Shown: in pieces, positions 11,395-22,147 of the stretch
Position numbering within the stretch: position 1 is the first letter of the stretch
How the letters are laid out: each line of letters starts with the position of its first letter
Assembly: GCA_963765575.1 (NCBI GenBank)
Contig: CAVXWZ010000008.1
Span: 288,001-352,000, forward strand
Reading direction: 5' to 3'
Origin: an uncultured cyanobacterium
GTDB lineage: Bacteria; Cyanobacteriota; Cyanobacteriia; PCC-6307; Cyanobiaceae
DNA: 64,000 nt
Notes under the pieces: model-generated
Seen by the model: the letters and a program-made list of their open reading frames with translations, nothing else
Databases searched by the model: none
What the model was told of the DNA's origin: nothing
Made by a program: the position numbers and the translations under genes

Positions 11395-11653
11395 GGGGGA
11401 TGCCGGCAAGGAACAATCATTGTAGGAACAGGGCCTGTCCGCCTCCGGCCGAGACCGCTGCCGCCACCTGGTGGGGGCAGCTTGGCAACGGGCCTGGTCA
11501 GGGGCCGCTGATACAGTGACGCCGCTTCAGGCCCGGGAGGCAGCGCAGGGGCAGGGCTCCGGGTCAGGGCTGACGGGTCAACCGATCAGCGATCCCAGCA
11601 CCGCTTCTGAGGCCAGGCTCCCGTGCCAGCCCCTTCCTCCCTGCCGGATCACT

Positions 11654-12658
11654 GTGGATCGCACCCTCATTCAGGAAATTCTCGAGGTCGTCGAACAGGC
11701 GGCCATCGCCTCGGCCAAGCTCACCGGGATGGGTCTGAAGAATGAAGCCGATGCCGAGGCGGTGGAGGCCATGCGCAAGCGCATGGGCCAGATCCAGATG
11801 CAGGGTCGCATCGTCATCGGTGAGGGCGAGAGGGATGAGGCGCCGATGCTCTACATCGGCGAGGAGGTGGGCAGCGGCAGCGGCCCGGGCGTCGATTTCG
11901 CCGTCGACCCCTGCGAAGGCACCAACCTCTGCGCCAACAGCCAGCGGGGCTCCATGGCGGTGCTGGCGGCCTCCGACCGCGGCGGCCTGTTCAACGCCCC
12001 CGACTTCTACATGAACAAGCTGGCGGCACCGCCGGCCGCCAAGGGCAAGGTGGACATCCGCAAGTCGGCCACCGAGAACATCGAGATCCTCAGCCAGTGC
12101 CTGGGGATCCCCAAGACCGATCTGGTGATTGTGGTGATGGACAGGGCCCGCCACAAGGGCCTGATCGCCGAAATCCGCGCCACCGGCGCCCGCGTGCAGC
12201 CGATCTCCGACGGGGACGTGCAGGCCGCCATCGCCTGCGGCTTCTCCGGCACCGGCACCCATTGCCTGATGGGCATCGGTGCTGCCCCCGAAGGCGTGAT
12301 CTCCGCGGCCGCCCTGCGCGCCCTGGGGGGTCACTTCCAGGGCCAGCTGGTCTACGACCCGGCCGTGGCCCAGACCAAGGAGTGGGAGGACCTCACCCGG
12401 GAGGGCAACCTGGCTCGCCTGAGCGAGATGGGCATCACCGATCCCGACCGGGTCTATGAAGCAGACGAGCTCGCCTGCGGCGAGAATGTGGTCTTCGCGG
12501 CCAGCGGCATCACCGATGGTCTCCTGTTCGACGGCGTCAAGTTCGAACCGGACTGCACCCGCACCAGCTCCCTGGTGATCAGCACCCTCGACAACACCGC
12601 CCGGTTCACCACCACGGTGCACATGAAGGAGGGAGCCCGCAGCATCGCCCTGCGCTGA
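11654..12658 (+). CDS. glpX: Class II fructose-1,6-/sedoheptulose-1,7-bisphosphatase
   Basis: GTG start [35 protein letters not shown]. Confidence 0.95.
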   Translation: MDRTLIQEILEVVEQAAIASAKLTGMGLKNEADAEAVEAMRKRMGQIQMQGRIVIGEGERDEAPMLYIGEEVGSGSGPGVDFAVDPCEGTNLCANSQRGSMAVLAASDRGGLFNAPDFYMNKLAAPPAAKGKVDIRKSATENIEILSQCLGIPKTDLVIVVMDRARHKGLIAEIRATGARVQPISDGDVQAAIACGFSGTGTHCLMGIGAAPEGVISAAALRALGGHFQGQLVYDPAVAQTKEWEDLTREGNLARLSEMGITDPDRVYEADELACGENVVFAASGITDGLLFDGVKFEPDCTRTSSLVISTLDNTARFTTTVHMKEGARSIALR

Positions 12659-12698
12659 GGCCCTCCGCCCGGCTGATCGGCCCCACCACCCCTTCTCC

Positions 12699-14009
12699 AT
12701 GCACATCGCGGTCGTCGGACTGAGCCATCGCACCGCCCCGGTGGAGATCCGGGAGCGGCTCAGCATCCCGGAGCAGACGATGGAGGACTCCCTCCAGAAG
12801 CTGCGCAGCGACGAGCAGGTGCTGGAGGCCTCGATCCTCAGCACCTGCAACCGTCTGGAGATCTATACCCTGCTGCGCAACCCGGAGCAGGGAATCTCAG
12901 CGGTGGGACAGTTTCTCAGCCAGGTCTCCGGCCTGGCGATCGAGGAGCTCTCCCCCCACCTGTTCACCTACCACCATGACGAGGCGGTGGGCCACCTGCT
13001 GCGGGTGGCCGCCGGCCTCGATTCGTTGGTGCTGGGGGAGGGTCAGATCCTCTCCCAGGTGAAACGCATGGTGCGCCTGGGGCAGGAGCACCGCTCCCTG
13101 GGGCCGATCCTCAACCGCCTGCTCAACCAGGCCGTGAGCACCGGCAAACGGGTGCGCACGGAAACCAAGCTCGGCACTGGCGCCGTGTCGATCAGCTCGG
13201 CGGCCGTGGAGCTGGCCCAGTTGAAGGTGGGTCAGGCCCGGGGCCACGACGACATGGTGCCCCTGGATCAGGAACAGGTGGCCGTGGTGGGCGCTGGGCG
13301 CATGTCCCGCCTGCTGCTCCAGCACCTCCAGGCCAAGGGCTGTCGCGGGGTGGTGCTGCTCAACCGCACCGTCAACCGCGCTGAACTGCTGGCGGCCGAC
13401 TTCCCTGAGTTGCCGGTCCAGTGCCGGCCGCTGGACGATCTCGACCACTGCCTCAGCACCTGCTCGCTGGTGTTCACCAGCACCGCCGCCGAGGAACCGA
13501 TCATCAGCGCCGAGCGCCTCTGCGGTCTCAACCGCCGCAGTTCGCTGATGCTCATCGACATCGGTGTACCCCGCAACATCGCCGCTGACACCGGATCCCT
13601 GGCCGGTGTGCAGGCCTACGACGTGGACGACCTGCAGGAGGTGGTGGCGCGCAACCAGGAGGCGCGCCGCGAGATGGCCAACGAAGCCCAGACCATGCTC
13701 GAGGAGGAGGCTCGCCTGTTCCTGGAGTGGTGGGACGGACTTGAGGCGGTGCCGGTGGTGAACCGGTTGCGCCGGCAACTCGAGGACATCCGTGAGCAGG
13801 AGCTGCAGAAGGCCCTCAGTCGCATGGGGCCGGACCTCTCGGCCCGGGAGCGCAAGGTGGTGGAAGCGCTCAGCAAGGGCATCATCAACAAGATCCTGCA
13901 CACGCCGGTCACCAACATCCGCGCCCCCCAGGCGCGCCAGCAACGCCATACCGCCATGCGGGTGCTGGAGGAGCTCTTCGAACTCCACGACCTCGCCCAG
14001 CCCGACTGA
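12699..14009 (+). CDS. hemA: Glutamyl-tRNA reductase
   Basis: [40 protein letters not shown]. Confidence 0.97.
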   Translation: MHIAVVGLSHRTAPVEIRERLSIPEQTMEDSLQKLRSDEQVLEASILSTCNRLEIYTLLRNPEQGISAVGQFLSQVSGLAIEELSPHLFTYHHDEAVGHLLRVAAGLDSLVLGEGQILSQVKRMVRLGQEHRSLGPILNRLLNQAVSTGKRVRTETKLGTGAVSISSAAVELAQLKVGQARGHDDMVPLDQEQVAVVGAGRMSRLLLQHLQAKGCRGVVLLNRTVNRAELLAADFPELPVQCRPLDDLDHCLSTCSLVFTSTAAEEPIISAERLCGLNRRSSLMLIDIGVPRNIAADTGSLAGVQAYDVDDLQEVVARNQEARREMANEAQTMLEEEARLFLEWWDGLEAVPVVNRLRRQLEDIREQELQKALSRMGPDLSARERKVVEALSKGIINKILHTPVTNIRAPQARQQRHTAMRVLEELFELHDLAQPD

Positions 14010-14136
14010 TCCCAGCCCGGCTGTTCCCAGTCCCAAGATCCCTGCCACCGCTCATGCCGCTTCCGTCTCTCTCCCCTGGCCCAATGCCCACCCCGTCCCC
14101 TACGGTCAACTCAGCCCACCAATGGGGACTGGGAGA

Positions 14137-15432
14137 ATGAAGCGAGTACTGGCGATCATTCTGGGTGGAGGAGCTGGTACCAGGCTCTACCCGCTCACCA
14201 AAATGCGGGCAAAGCCGGCCGTACCTCTGGCCGGTAAATACCGCTTGATCGATATTCCCATCAGCAATTGCATCAACTCGGAGATCAACAAGATCTACGT
14301 GCTGACACAATTCAACAGCGCCTCCCTCAATCGTCACCTGACGATGACCTACAACCTCTCGGCCGGATTCGGCCAGGGCTTCGTGGAGGTGCTGGCCGCC
14401 CAGCAGACACCGGACAGCCCCAGCTGGTTTGAGGGCACCGCCGATGCCGTGCGCAAATATCAGTGGCTGTTCCAGGAATGGGACGTGGACCACGTTCTGA
14501 TCCTCTCCGGCGACCAGCTCTACCGGATGGACTACAGCCGCTTCGTGCAGCACCACATCGACAGTGGCGCCCAGCTCTCGGTGGGGGCACTGCCCGTGGA
14601 TCCCGAGCAGGCCCAGTCCTTCGGCCTGATGCGCACTGACTCCCACGGACGCATCCAGGAGTTCCGCGAGAAACCGAAGGGTGAAGCCCTGGAGGCCATG
14701 CGCGTGGATACCGAGAGCCTGGGGCTATCGGCCGCCGAAGCCGTGCGCCGGCCGCACCTGGCCTCAATGGGCATCTATGTCTTCAGCCGCGACACGCTGT
14801 TTGACCTGCTCAACTCCAATCCTGGAGCCACGGATTTCGGCAAGGAGATCATCCCCATCTCCCTGCAGCGCGGGGACAATCTTCAGAGTTATCTCTTTGA
14901 TGACTACTGGGAAGATATCGGTACGATTGGCGCCTTCTACGAAGCCAATCTTGCGCTCACCCAGCAGCCAAATCCAGCCTTTTCGTTCTACGACGAGAAG
15001 TTTCCGATTTACACCCGCCCCCGCTATCTCCCGCCCAGCAAGCTCCAAGACGCTCAGGTGACGGAATCGATCATCGGCGAGGGCTCCCTGCTCAAGGCCT
15101 GCAGCCTCCACCGCTGCGTACTTGGGGTTCGCTCCCGGGTGGAAGACCAGGTGGTGCTTCAGGACACACTGGTGATGGGTGCCGATTATTTCGAATCCTC
15201 CGAGGAGCGGGCCGTGCTCAAAGAGCGCGGCGGCACCCCGGTGGGAATCGGCAAGGGAACCACGATCAAGGGTGCGATCGTGGACAAGAATGTACGCATC
15301 GGCCAGAACGTCACGATCACCAACAAGGATCGCATCGAGGAAGCCGACCATCCAGAGCTCAACTTTTACATCCGCAACGGCATTGTTGTGGTGGTGAAGA
15401 ACGGCACGATCGCCGATGGCACCGTGATCTGA
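14137..15432 (+). CDS. glgC: Glucose-1-phosphate adenylyltransferase
   Basis: [34 protein letters not shown]. Confidence 0.97.
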   Translation: MKRVLAIILGGGAGTRLYPLTKMRAKPAVPLAGKYRLIDIPISNCINSEINKIYVLTQFNSASLNRHLTMTYNLSAGFGQGFVEVLAAQQTPDSPSWFEGTADAVRKYQWLFQEWDVDHVLILSGDQLYRMDYSRFVQHHIDSGAQLSVGALPVDPEQAQSFGLMRTDSHGRIQEFREKPKGEALEAMRVDTESLGLSAAEAVRRPHLASMGIYVFSRDTLFDLLNSNPGATDFGKEIIPISLQRGDNLQSYLFDDYWEDIGTIGAFYEANLALTQQPNPAFSFYDEKFPIYTRPRYLPPSKLQDAQVTESIIGEGSLLKACSLHRCVLGVRSRVEDQVVLQDTLVMGADYFESSEERAVLKERGGTPVGIGKGTTIKGAIVDKNVRIGQNVTITNKDRIEEADHPELNFYIRNGIVVVVKNGTIADGTVI

Positions 15433-15669
15433 CGCCGATTCCGCGCAGGCGCCCCACATCAACACGGCCCCTGCAAATCAGTGGCGCCTGCCTGCTATGC
15501 CCGCCAGCATCCGGATGTCACCAAGCAGCCGGGTGCAGGCGGTGGGATGGGGCGTGGGCGGGCCCTGGGATCCATCCGGAACCCATGACACAGGATCCCC
15601 ATGTTGTGACGGATCTGGACGCAGGGGCCGACGCCTGTTCACACTGAGCCGAAGCCACGCGCAATTTTC

Positions 15670-17088
15670 ATGGGAACGGCACATTTCGGCCTCATCGGGC
15701 TGGGTGTGATGGGCGAAAACCTGGTGCTCAACGCTGAGCGCAACGGGTTTTCAAGCGTCGTCTACAACCGCACCTACGCCAAGACGGAAGCCTTCCTCGC
15801 CGGCCGTGGGGCCGGCAAGGACATCAGCGGTGCCCGCACCCTCGAAGAGTTCGTGGGCGCCCTGGAGCGACCACGACGGATCCTGATGATGGTGAAGGCG
15901 GGGCAGCCCGTGGACGACATGATCGCCACCATTTCACCGCTGCTGGCGGAGGGGGATCTGCTGATCGACGGCGGCAATTCCCTTTTTGCCGATACCGAGC
16001 GGCGTGTCCATGAACTCGAGAGCCGCAGCTTCGGCTACATCGGCATGGGAGTCTCCGGCGGCGCCAAGGGAGCCCTGGAGGGGCCCAGCATGATGCCCGG
16101 TGGCACCCGCGCTGCCTACGACGCCATCGAGCCGCTGGTGCGCAAGATGGCCGCCCAGGTGGAGGACGGCCCCTGCGTGACCTACATCGGCCCCGGCGGC
16201 GCCGGCCACTTCGTCAAGACCGTGCACAACGGCATTGAGTACGGCATTGAGCAGATCCTGGCCGAGGCCTACGACCTGATGAAGCGCATCGCCGGCATGA
16301 ATGGCGACCAGATGGCCGATGTGCTGGCCCAGTGGAACCAGAGCGAGGAACTGGCCTCCTATCTGGTGGAGATCACCGAGGTGTGTCTGCGCACCAAGGA
16401 TCCGGACAGTGGCGGCGATCTGGTGGAGATGATCGTCGACGCCGCTGGCCAGAAGGGCACGGGCCTCTGGACCGTGGTCAGTGCCCTGGAGATGGGCGTG
16501 CCCGTGCCCACGATCTATGCGGCGCTCAATGCCCGGGTGATGAGCTCCCTGCGCGATGAGCGCCTGGCGGCCGAAGCCGTGATCGGCGCGCCCGAGGCCC
16601 ACAGTTTCGATCTGGGCAGCGTCTCCGACGCCATGGCACCGCTGCGCGACGCCTGCACCGCTGCCTGCGTGGTCAGCTACGGCCAGGGCATGGCCCTGCT
16701 GCAGGAGGCCTCCACCCTGCACAACTACGAGCTTGACTTCGCGGCCATCGGCCAGATCTGGAAGGGGGGCTGCATCATCCGGGCCCGCCTGCTGCAGCGC
16801 ATTCAAGATGCCTATGGCGCCAACCAGCACCTGCCCAACCTGATGCTCGATCCCTGGTTTGCAGCCCAGATCAACCGCTGCCTGCCGGGCCTGCGCCAGG
16901 TGGTGGCCGGTGCTGCCCGCGCCGGCATTCCCGTGCCCTGCCTGTCCAGCACGCTCGACTACATCGACAGCTATCGCAGTGGCCGCCTGCCCCAGAACCT
17001 GGTGCAGGCCATGCGCGACTGCTTCGGCTCCCACACCTACGAGCGGGTGGACCGGCCCGGCTCCTTCCACACTGAGTGGCTGAACTGA
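15670..17088 (+). CDS. gnd: 6-phosphogluconate dehydrogenase (NADP+, decarboxylating)
   Basis: GLIGLGVMG, VHNGIEYG, GQKGTG, WKGGCIIRA, RDCFGSHTY. Confidence 0.97.
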   Translation: MGTAHFGLIGLGVMGENLVLNAERNGFSSVVYNRTYAKTEAFLAGRGAGKDISGARTLEEFVGALERPRRILMMVKAGQPVDDMIATISPLLAEGDLLIDGGNSLFADTERRVHELESRSFGYIGMGVSGGAKGALEGPSMMPGGTRAAYDAIEPLVRKMAAQVEDGPCVTYIGPGGAGHFVKTVHNGIEYGIEQILAEAYDLMKRIAGMNGDQMADVLAQWNQSEELASYLVEITEVCLRTKDPDSGGDLVEMIVDAAGQKGTGLWTVVSALEMGVPVPTIYAALNARVMSSLRDERLAAEAVIGAPEAHSFDLGSVSDAMAPLRDACTAACVVSYGQGMALLQEASTLHNYELDFAAIGQIWKGGCIIRARLLQRIQDAYGANQHLPNLMLDPWFAAQINRCLPGLRQVVAGAARAGIPVPCLSSTLDYIDSYRSGRLPQNLVQAMRDCFGSHTYERVDRPGSFHTEWLN

Positions 17089-17096
17089 ACGCCGCG

Positions 17097-17834
17097 ATGT
17101 CCCCCCTCCAGCCCCCCTCCCCAGCCGCCGCCCGCTACCGGCTGGAGGTGGTGGATTCAGCCGAGACCCTGGCCCGGCGCTGCGCCGAGACGGTCGCCTC
17201 GGCGATCGATCTGGCCCTGGCGCAACGGGACCGTTGCCAGATCGCCCTGGCCGGTGGCCGTACACCGGCCGCCACCTACCACCATCTCGCCCAGGAGCGC
17301 CTGCCCTGGGAGCGGGTGGATGTGCTGCTCGGCGATGAGCGCTGGGTGAGCTCCGACGACGCGGCCAGCAATGCCCGTCTGGTTCGCACCACGCTGATGG
17401 CTGCCGGGCCGGGGCGGGCAGCGCGGCTGCATCCCGTGCCGACCCACCTCGCCAGCCCCGAGGAGGGAGCCCAGGCCTATGGCGACCTGCTCGCCCAGCT
17501 GTGCAGCGGTGAGCCGCCCGAGCTCGACCTGGTGCTGCTGGGGCTGGGGGACGACGGCCACACAGCCTCCCTGTTCCCTGGCACCGCCGCGACCACCGTC
17601 ACCGACCGCAGCGTCACGGTGAGTGACGGCAAGGGTCTGGCCCGGATCACCCTCACCGCACCGGTGCTCTCCGCCGCCCGCCAGGTGGTGTTCCTGGTCT
17701 GTGGTGCCGACAAGCGCCAGGCCCTCAGGCGGCTGCTCGATCCGGCCGAATCACCGCAGCGCACTCCTGCCGTGTTGGTGCAACCGACGACGGAGGTGCT
17801 GGTGTTGGCCGACAATGGAGCGGCATCGCCCTGA
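17097..17834 (+). CDS. pgl: 6-phosphogluconolactonase (start may be 17076)
   Basis: LAGGRTP, GDERWV, LLGLGDDGHTASLFPG. Confidence 0.93.
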   Translation: MSPLQPPSPAAARYRLEVVDSAETLARRCAETVASAIDLALAQRDRCQIALAGGRTPAATYHHLAQERLPWERVDVLLGDERWVSSDDAASNARLVRTTLMAAGPGRAARLHPVPTHLASPEEGAQAYGDLLAQLCSGEPPELDLVLLGLGDDGHTASLFPGTAATTVTDRSVTVSDGKGLARITLTAPVLSAARQVVFLVCGADKRQALRRLLDPAESPQRTPAVLVQPTTEVLVLADNGAASP

Positions 17835-17840
17835 ACCCAG

Positions 17841-18383
17841 ATGCTGGAGATCACGGCAGGAGACGGCTTCAGCGGCTGGCATGCCCTCAACGACACGATC
17901 ATGGGCGGCCGCAGCCAGGGCCAGTGCCTTGTCGGCCCAGCGGGGCTGGTGTTCGAGGGTGAGGTGATCGCCGAGGGCGGTGGCTTCATCAGCTGCCGCT
18001 CGCCGGTGCTGTCTCCCCCCCTCGACCTCTCCGCCCACGAGGGACTGGAACTGGAGCTGAGCGGTGAAGGCCGGCGCTTCAAGCTGGCGGTGGGTTGCGC
18101 CGACGGGGTGGGGGGCCTGACCGCGCTGATCCCCGGCGGTCTGCGCTGGGTGTTTGAGTTCCCCACCGAACGCGAGGGCGCCACCACCGTGCGGGTGCCG
18201 TTTGTCCAGCTGCGGGCCTCGGTGCGGGCGAAGCCGGTGGGCCTGCCCTTGCGCTTCCAGGCCGCCAGGGTGAACCGGCTGCAACTGCTGCACTCCCGTT
18301 TCGGTGATGACGGTGCTGAGAACGGTGGCTTCCGCCCCGGCCCCATCCGCTTCTGCCTGCACGCCATCCGTGGCTATCCCTGA
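17841..18383 (+). CDS. CIA30 family protein
   Basis: LNDTIMGGRSQG, GGGFISCRS. Confidence 0.85.
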   Translation: MLEITAGDGFSGWHALNDTIMGGRSQGQCLVGPAGLVFEGEVIAEGGGFISCRSPVLSPPLDLSAHEGLELELSGEGRRFKLAVGCADGVGGLTALIPGGLRWVFEFPTEREGATTVRVPFVQLRASVRAKPVGLPLRFQAARVNRLQLLHSRFGDDGAENGGFRPGPIRFCLHAIRGYP

Positions 18384-18759
18384 GCTGCCGCCAGTGGCGG
18401 AGTTGTGCCAGCTGGTGGCTGCCGCTGCCGACCTCTGCCGCAAGCCGCTGCGCCACGCCGTGCGCCTGCAGTCGGACAGCGGCCAAGGCGAGGGGGCCGA
18501 CGAGCATGGCCTCTGCCTGCTGGTCCGCGACGCCGCCGGGGAGCGGCAGCCGGCCGATGACCTGGAGCTCGAGCTCTACCGCAGCGGCAGCCGCCTGAAC
18601 CTCACCCTGGCCTGGGCCCATGACCCGGCCCGGCCGATGCTGTGGCAGGGCAGCCACCCGGTCTGGATGGACGGCACCAGCGGTCAGCGCTGTGAACGCC
18701 CCCAGGACGGGCTGGCCCTGGAAAGCCTGGCCCGCCGTCTGCGCTCGCTGCTGGACTGA
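18370..18759 (+). CDS. Hypothetical protein
   Basis: Coding-like ORF overlapping the CIA30 stop; DLCRKPLRHAV, ELELYRSG, LWQGSHPVWMD. Confidence 0.65.
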   Translation: MAIPELPPVAELCQLVAAAADLCRKPLRHAVRLQSDSGQGEGADEHGLCLLVRDAAGERQPADDLELELYRSGSRLNLTLAWAHDPARPMLWQGSHPVWMDGTSGQRCERPQDGLALESLARRLRSLLD

Positions 18760-18760
18760 G

Positions 18761-18799
18761 GCTCAGGGCTGAAGCTCAGGGCTGGGGCTCAGGGCTGAT
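18761..18799. repeat. 13-bp tandem repeat x3 (GCTCAGGGCTGnn) spanning the ilvD stop codon
   Basis: GCTCAGGGCTGAA/GCTCAGGGCTGGG/GCTCAGGGCTGAT. Confidence 0.85.
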
Positions 18800-20459
18800 C
18801 GGTGATGGCGCCGATGCTGCTGGAGCTCACCAGGCGGGCATATTTGCCGAGCACGCCGGTGCGGTAGCGGGGCTCGGGGCGCACCCAGGCGGCGCGGCGG
18901 CGGTCGATCTCGCCATCGCTCACGTTGAGCTGAATCAGCAGGCGGTTGGCATCCACGGTGATGCTGTCGCCCTCCTGCACGAGGCCGATGGTGCCGCCGA
19001 CGGCGGCCTCGGGGGCCACGTGACCGATCACGAGGCCGAAGGATCCGCCCGAGAAGCGGCCATCGGTGATCAGGGCCACCGAGTCGATCAATCCCCGGCC
19101 CACGATGGCGGCGGTGGGGCTGAGCATCTCACGCATGCCGGGGCCGCCCACCGGACCCTCGTTGCGCACCACCACCACGTCGCCGGGGCCGATCTGGTTG
19201 TCGAGGATGGCCGCAAGGGCGCATTCCTCGCTCTCGAACACCCGCGCGGGGCCGGTGATCACCGGGTTCTTGACGCCGCTGATCTTGGCCACGGCGCCCT
19301 CCTCGGCCAGGTTGCCCTTGAGAATGGCCAGGTGGCCCTTGGCGTAGAGGGGATTGCTGAGCGGCCGGATCACGTCCTGGTCGGCGGCTGGCGCGGACGG
19401 CACGGCGGCCAGCACCTCGCTGAGGGTCTTGCCTTCGATCGTGCGGCAATCGCCGTGCAGCAGGCCGGCATCCAGCAGCAGCTTCATCACCTGGGGGATG
19501 CCGCCGGCATGGTGCAGATCCACGGTCACGTAGCGGCCGCTGGGCTTGAGATCGCAGAGCACGGGCACCCGCTGGCGGATCGTCTCGAAATCGTCGATGC
19601 CCAGCTCCACCCCGGCGGTGCGGGCCACGGCCAGCAGGTGCAGCACCGAGTTGGTCGAGCCCCCCACCGCCATGATCACGCTGATGGCGTTTTCAAAGGC
19701 GGCGCGGGTGAGCAGGTCCCTGGGGCGGATGTTCCGCTCCACGGCCTGCATCAGCACCTCGGCGCTGCGGGCGGCGCTGTCGGCCTTCTCCGGATCCTCG
19801 GCGGCCATGGTGGAGCTGTAGGGCAGGCTCAGGCCCATCACCTCAAAGGCCGCGCTCATGGTGTTGGCGGTGAACATGCCACCGCAGCTGCCGGCTCCGG
19901 GGCAGGCATTCTTCTCGATCGCGGTGAGTTCCTCCTGGTCGATCTGGCCACCGCTGAACTGACCCACAGCCTCGAAGGCACTCACCACAGTGAGATCGCA
20001 AGCACCGAGTTTCCCCGGCTTGATCGTGCCGCCATACACAAAGATGGAGGGAATGTTCATGCGAGCCATGGCCAGCATGGCGCCGGGCATGTTCTTGTCA
20101 CAGCCGCCAATCGCCAACAGGGCATCCATGCTCTGGGCGTTGCAGGCCGTTTCAATCGAGTCGGCGATCACCTCCCGACTCACGAGGGAATACTTCATGC
20201 CCTCGGTGCCCATGGAGATGCCGTCGCTCACCGTGATGGTGCCGAACATCTGGGGCATGGCGCCGGCGAGATGGGCCGCCTGTTCGGCCCGGCGGGCCAG
20301 GTCGTTGAGGCCCAGATTGCACGGGGTGATGGTGCTGTAGCCGTTGGCAATGCCGATGATCGGCTTGCTGAAGTCGTCGTCGCCGAAGCCCACCGCCCGC
20401 AGCATGGCCCGGTTGGGGGAGCGCTGAATCCCCTGGGTGACGGCGGCGGAGCGGAGCAT
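18789..20459 (-). CDS. ilvD: Dihydroxy-acid dehydratase
   Basis: [34 protein letters not shown]. Confidence 0.97.
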   Translation of the reverse strand: MLRSAAVTQGIQRSPNRAMLRAVGFGDDDFSKPIIGIANGYSTITPCNLGLNDLARRAEQAAHLAGAMPQMFGTITVSDGISMGTEGMKYSLVSREVIADSIETACNAQSMDALLAIGGCDKNMPGAMLAMARMNIPSIFVYGGTIKPGKLGACDLTVVSAFEAVGQFSGGQIDQEELTAIEKNACPGAGSCGGMFTANTMSAAFEVMGLSLPYSSTMAAEDPEKADSAARSAEVLMQAVERNIRPRDLLTRAAFENAISVIMAVGGSTNSVLHLLAVARTAGVELGIDDFETIRQRVPVLCDLKPSGRYVTVDLHHAGGIPQVMKLLLDAGLLHGDCRTIEGKTLSEVLAAVPSAPAADQDVIRPLSNPLYAKGHLAILKGNLAEEGAVAKISGVKNPVITGPARVFESEECALAAILDNQIGPGDVVVVRNEGPVGGPGMREMLSPTAAIVGRGLIDSVALITDGRFSGGSFGLVIGHVAPEAAVGGTIGLVQEGDSITVDANRLLIQLNVSDGEIDRRRAAWVRPEPRYRTGVLGKYARLVSSSSIGAITDQP

Positions 20460-20504
20460 GGGCAGGGGGCAGAGGCGAGCTGTGCAACCTACCCAGGGAT
20501 GGTC

Positions 20505-20873
20505 TCAGCCCTGGGGCTGCAACTGCTCCAGCTGGCGGCGCACCGCTTCGATGGCCTTGTTGAGCTCATTCACCTTGTCGTGCAGATCCCTTTCCTCGGC
20601 GCTGCCCTCCCGCCCGGCCTGGAGGGGAGCACCGCCGCGCCCCGTCTCATCGTGGGGGTCGGCACCGCCCTGCAGACGTGAGAGCTGGAGCGCGCGCTGC
20701 TGCCGGGCGGCCAGGCGCCGACGTTCGGCCAGCGACAACAGCCACCAGGCCAGACCGGCGGCGCCTAGGACCGCTCCGGCAACCACGCTCGCCAGAGCAA
20801 CGGAACCCTGGCCGCCGACTGCGGCACCGCCGGCATCCGGAATGGCGCGATCCTGGGTGTGGCGATCAGCCAT
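20505..20873 (-). CDS. Hypothetical membrane-anchored protein with C-terminal coiled coil
   Basis: GAVLGAAGLAWWLL; LHDKVNELNKAIEAVRRQL. Confidence 0.7.
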   Translation of the reverse strand: MADRHTQDRAIPDAGGAAVGGQGSVALASVVAGAVLGAAGLAWWLLSLAERRRLAARQQRALQLSRLQGGADPHDETGRGGAPLQAGREGSAEERDLHDKVNELNKAIEAVRRQLEQLQPQG

Positions 20874-20914
20874 GGGAATCAGGGCAGGTGGACAGCAGGC
20901 TTGTGGCCCTCAGC

Positions 20915-21562
20915 CTAGGCAGCAGGCACGGGCACTTCCAGCAGCGGCGCGCCGAACAGGCGCTCGGCGACAGTGCCGATGCCCGGGCTGATGGCACCGT
21001 CAGCGTTGAGCTGGGGATCGATGCAGGCGGTGTAAACGGTGAGGTCGGCGAAGGATTCACCCAGCCGGCTCAGGCCCTCACTGGCCGCCAGGGCGGTGAT
21101 CAAGCGCAACCTGGGACCGCTCACGCCCCGTTCCCGCAGGCTCGCGAGCAGGGCGTCCAGCTCGCCGGCTGCAGCCACTTCAGCGGCAAACACCAGCACA
21201 CCGCAGTGGGAGTCGATGCTGGCCAGCGGTAGCGACTCGCCGCGGTGCTGGTGCAGCACCCGGGCCGCCGGCAGCACCGTCTTGGCCCCATCCCACAGAC
21301 CCAGGCCCTCCGGGCAGAGGGGGATGGCGAGTATCGGCACCGTGGCGTCCACCACCTGGCCGTCGCAGCAGGCCCGCTCTGTCTCCACGCGGATATCGCG
21401 GTGCGGCAGCCAGTCGCGCATGGCCTCATAGGTGAGCCAGCGCCCCAGTTCAGCCGTGGCGGTGCCATAGAGCGGGCTGGGTGTGCAGCGATCACGCAGG
21501 ACCGACAGCCAGTGCCCGATCAGGGGGTGGGGGGGCACCACCACCCGCAGGGTCATCGCCAT
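20915..21562 (-). CDS. upp: Uracil phosphoribosyltransferase-like protein (degenerate PRPP motif)
   Basis: HPLIGHWLSVLRD, LTYEA, YTACIDPQLN...ISPGIG. Confidence 0.8.
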   Translation of the reverse strand: MAMTLRVVVPPHPLIGHWLSVLRDRCTPSPLYGTATAELGRWLTYEAMRDWLPHRDIRVETERACCDGQVVDATVPILAIPLCPEGLGLWDGAKTVLPAARVLHQHRGESLPLASIDSHCGVLVFAAEVAAAGELDALLASLRERGVSGPRLRLITALAASEGLSRLGESFADLTVYTACIDPQLNADGAISPGIGTVAERLFGAPLLEVPVPAA

Positions 21563-21601
21563 GGTTGCCATAACTTGAGCCTTCACCGTACGTGCACACC
21601 C

Positions 21602-22147
21602 ATGCCCAGCCGCCTGCCCCTGAATCGCGGACTCCCGCCCCTGGAGGCACCCGCGCTTGTGGCACTCCTGCTGGCCCTGGCGCTGTGGGCGAGCTGCCTG
21701 CTGCTGGCGCCGGCATCCGCCCACGCCATTACGGCACCTGAGCTGCGGGGCCAGCGGGCCCTGCAGGATCTCCAGCCCGACATGCACGGCCGCAAGCTGC
21801 TGCAGGCGGAATTTCTCAAGGCCTCCCTGGATGGCTACGACTTCAGCGATGCCGACCTGCGGGGGGCGGTGTTCAACAACTCCAGCCTGCGGGGCGCCAA
21901 TCTGACTGGCGCCAACCTCGAGGATGTGGTGGCCTATGCCAGCCGCTTTGATGACAGCGACCTGAGTGGCACGGTGCTGCGCAACGCGATGTTGATGCAG
22001 AGCCGCTTCAGTGGCGCCCGCATCGACGGTGCCGACTTCAGCGATGCGGTGCTCGACCAGCCCGAGCAGAAGCAGCTCTGCAAGCGCGCCAGCGGCACCA
22101 ACCCGCTCACCGGCGTGAGCACCCGGGACAGCCTGGAGTGCCGATGA
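21602..22147 (+). CDS. Pentapeptide repeat protein, exported/lumenal
   Basis: Signal peptide; ADLRG/ANLTG/ADFSD repeats; GTNPLTGVSTRDSLEC. Confidence 0.88.
   Translation: MPSRLPLNRGLPPLEAPALVALLLALALWASCLLLAPASAHAITAPELRGQRALQDLQPDMHGRKLLQAEFLKASLDGYDFSDADLRGAVFNNSSLRGANLTGANLEDVVAYASRFDDSDLSGTVLRNAMLMQSRFSGARIDGADFSDAVLDQPEQKQLCKRASGTNPLTGVSTRDSLECR

Noticed and set aside
15560..15620. CRP-like site or palindromes upstream of gnd
   Set aside because: Only a TGTGA half-site and short GGATCC repeats, expected by chance
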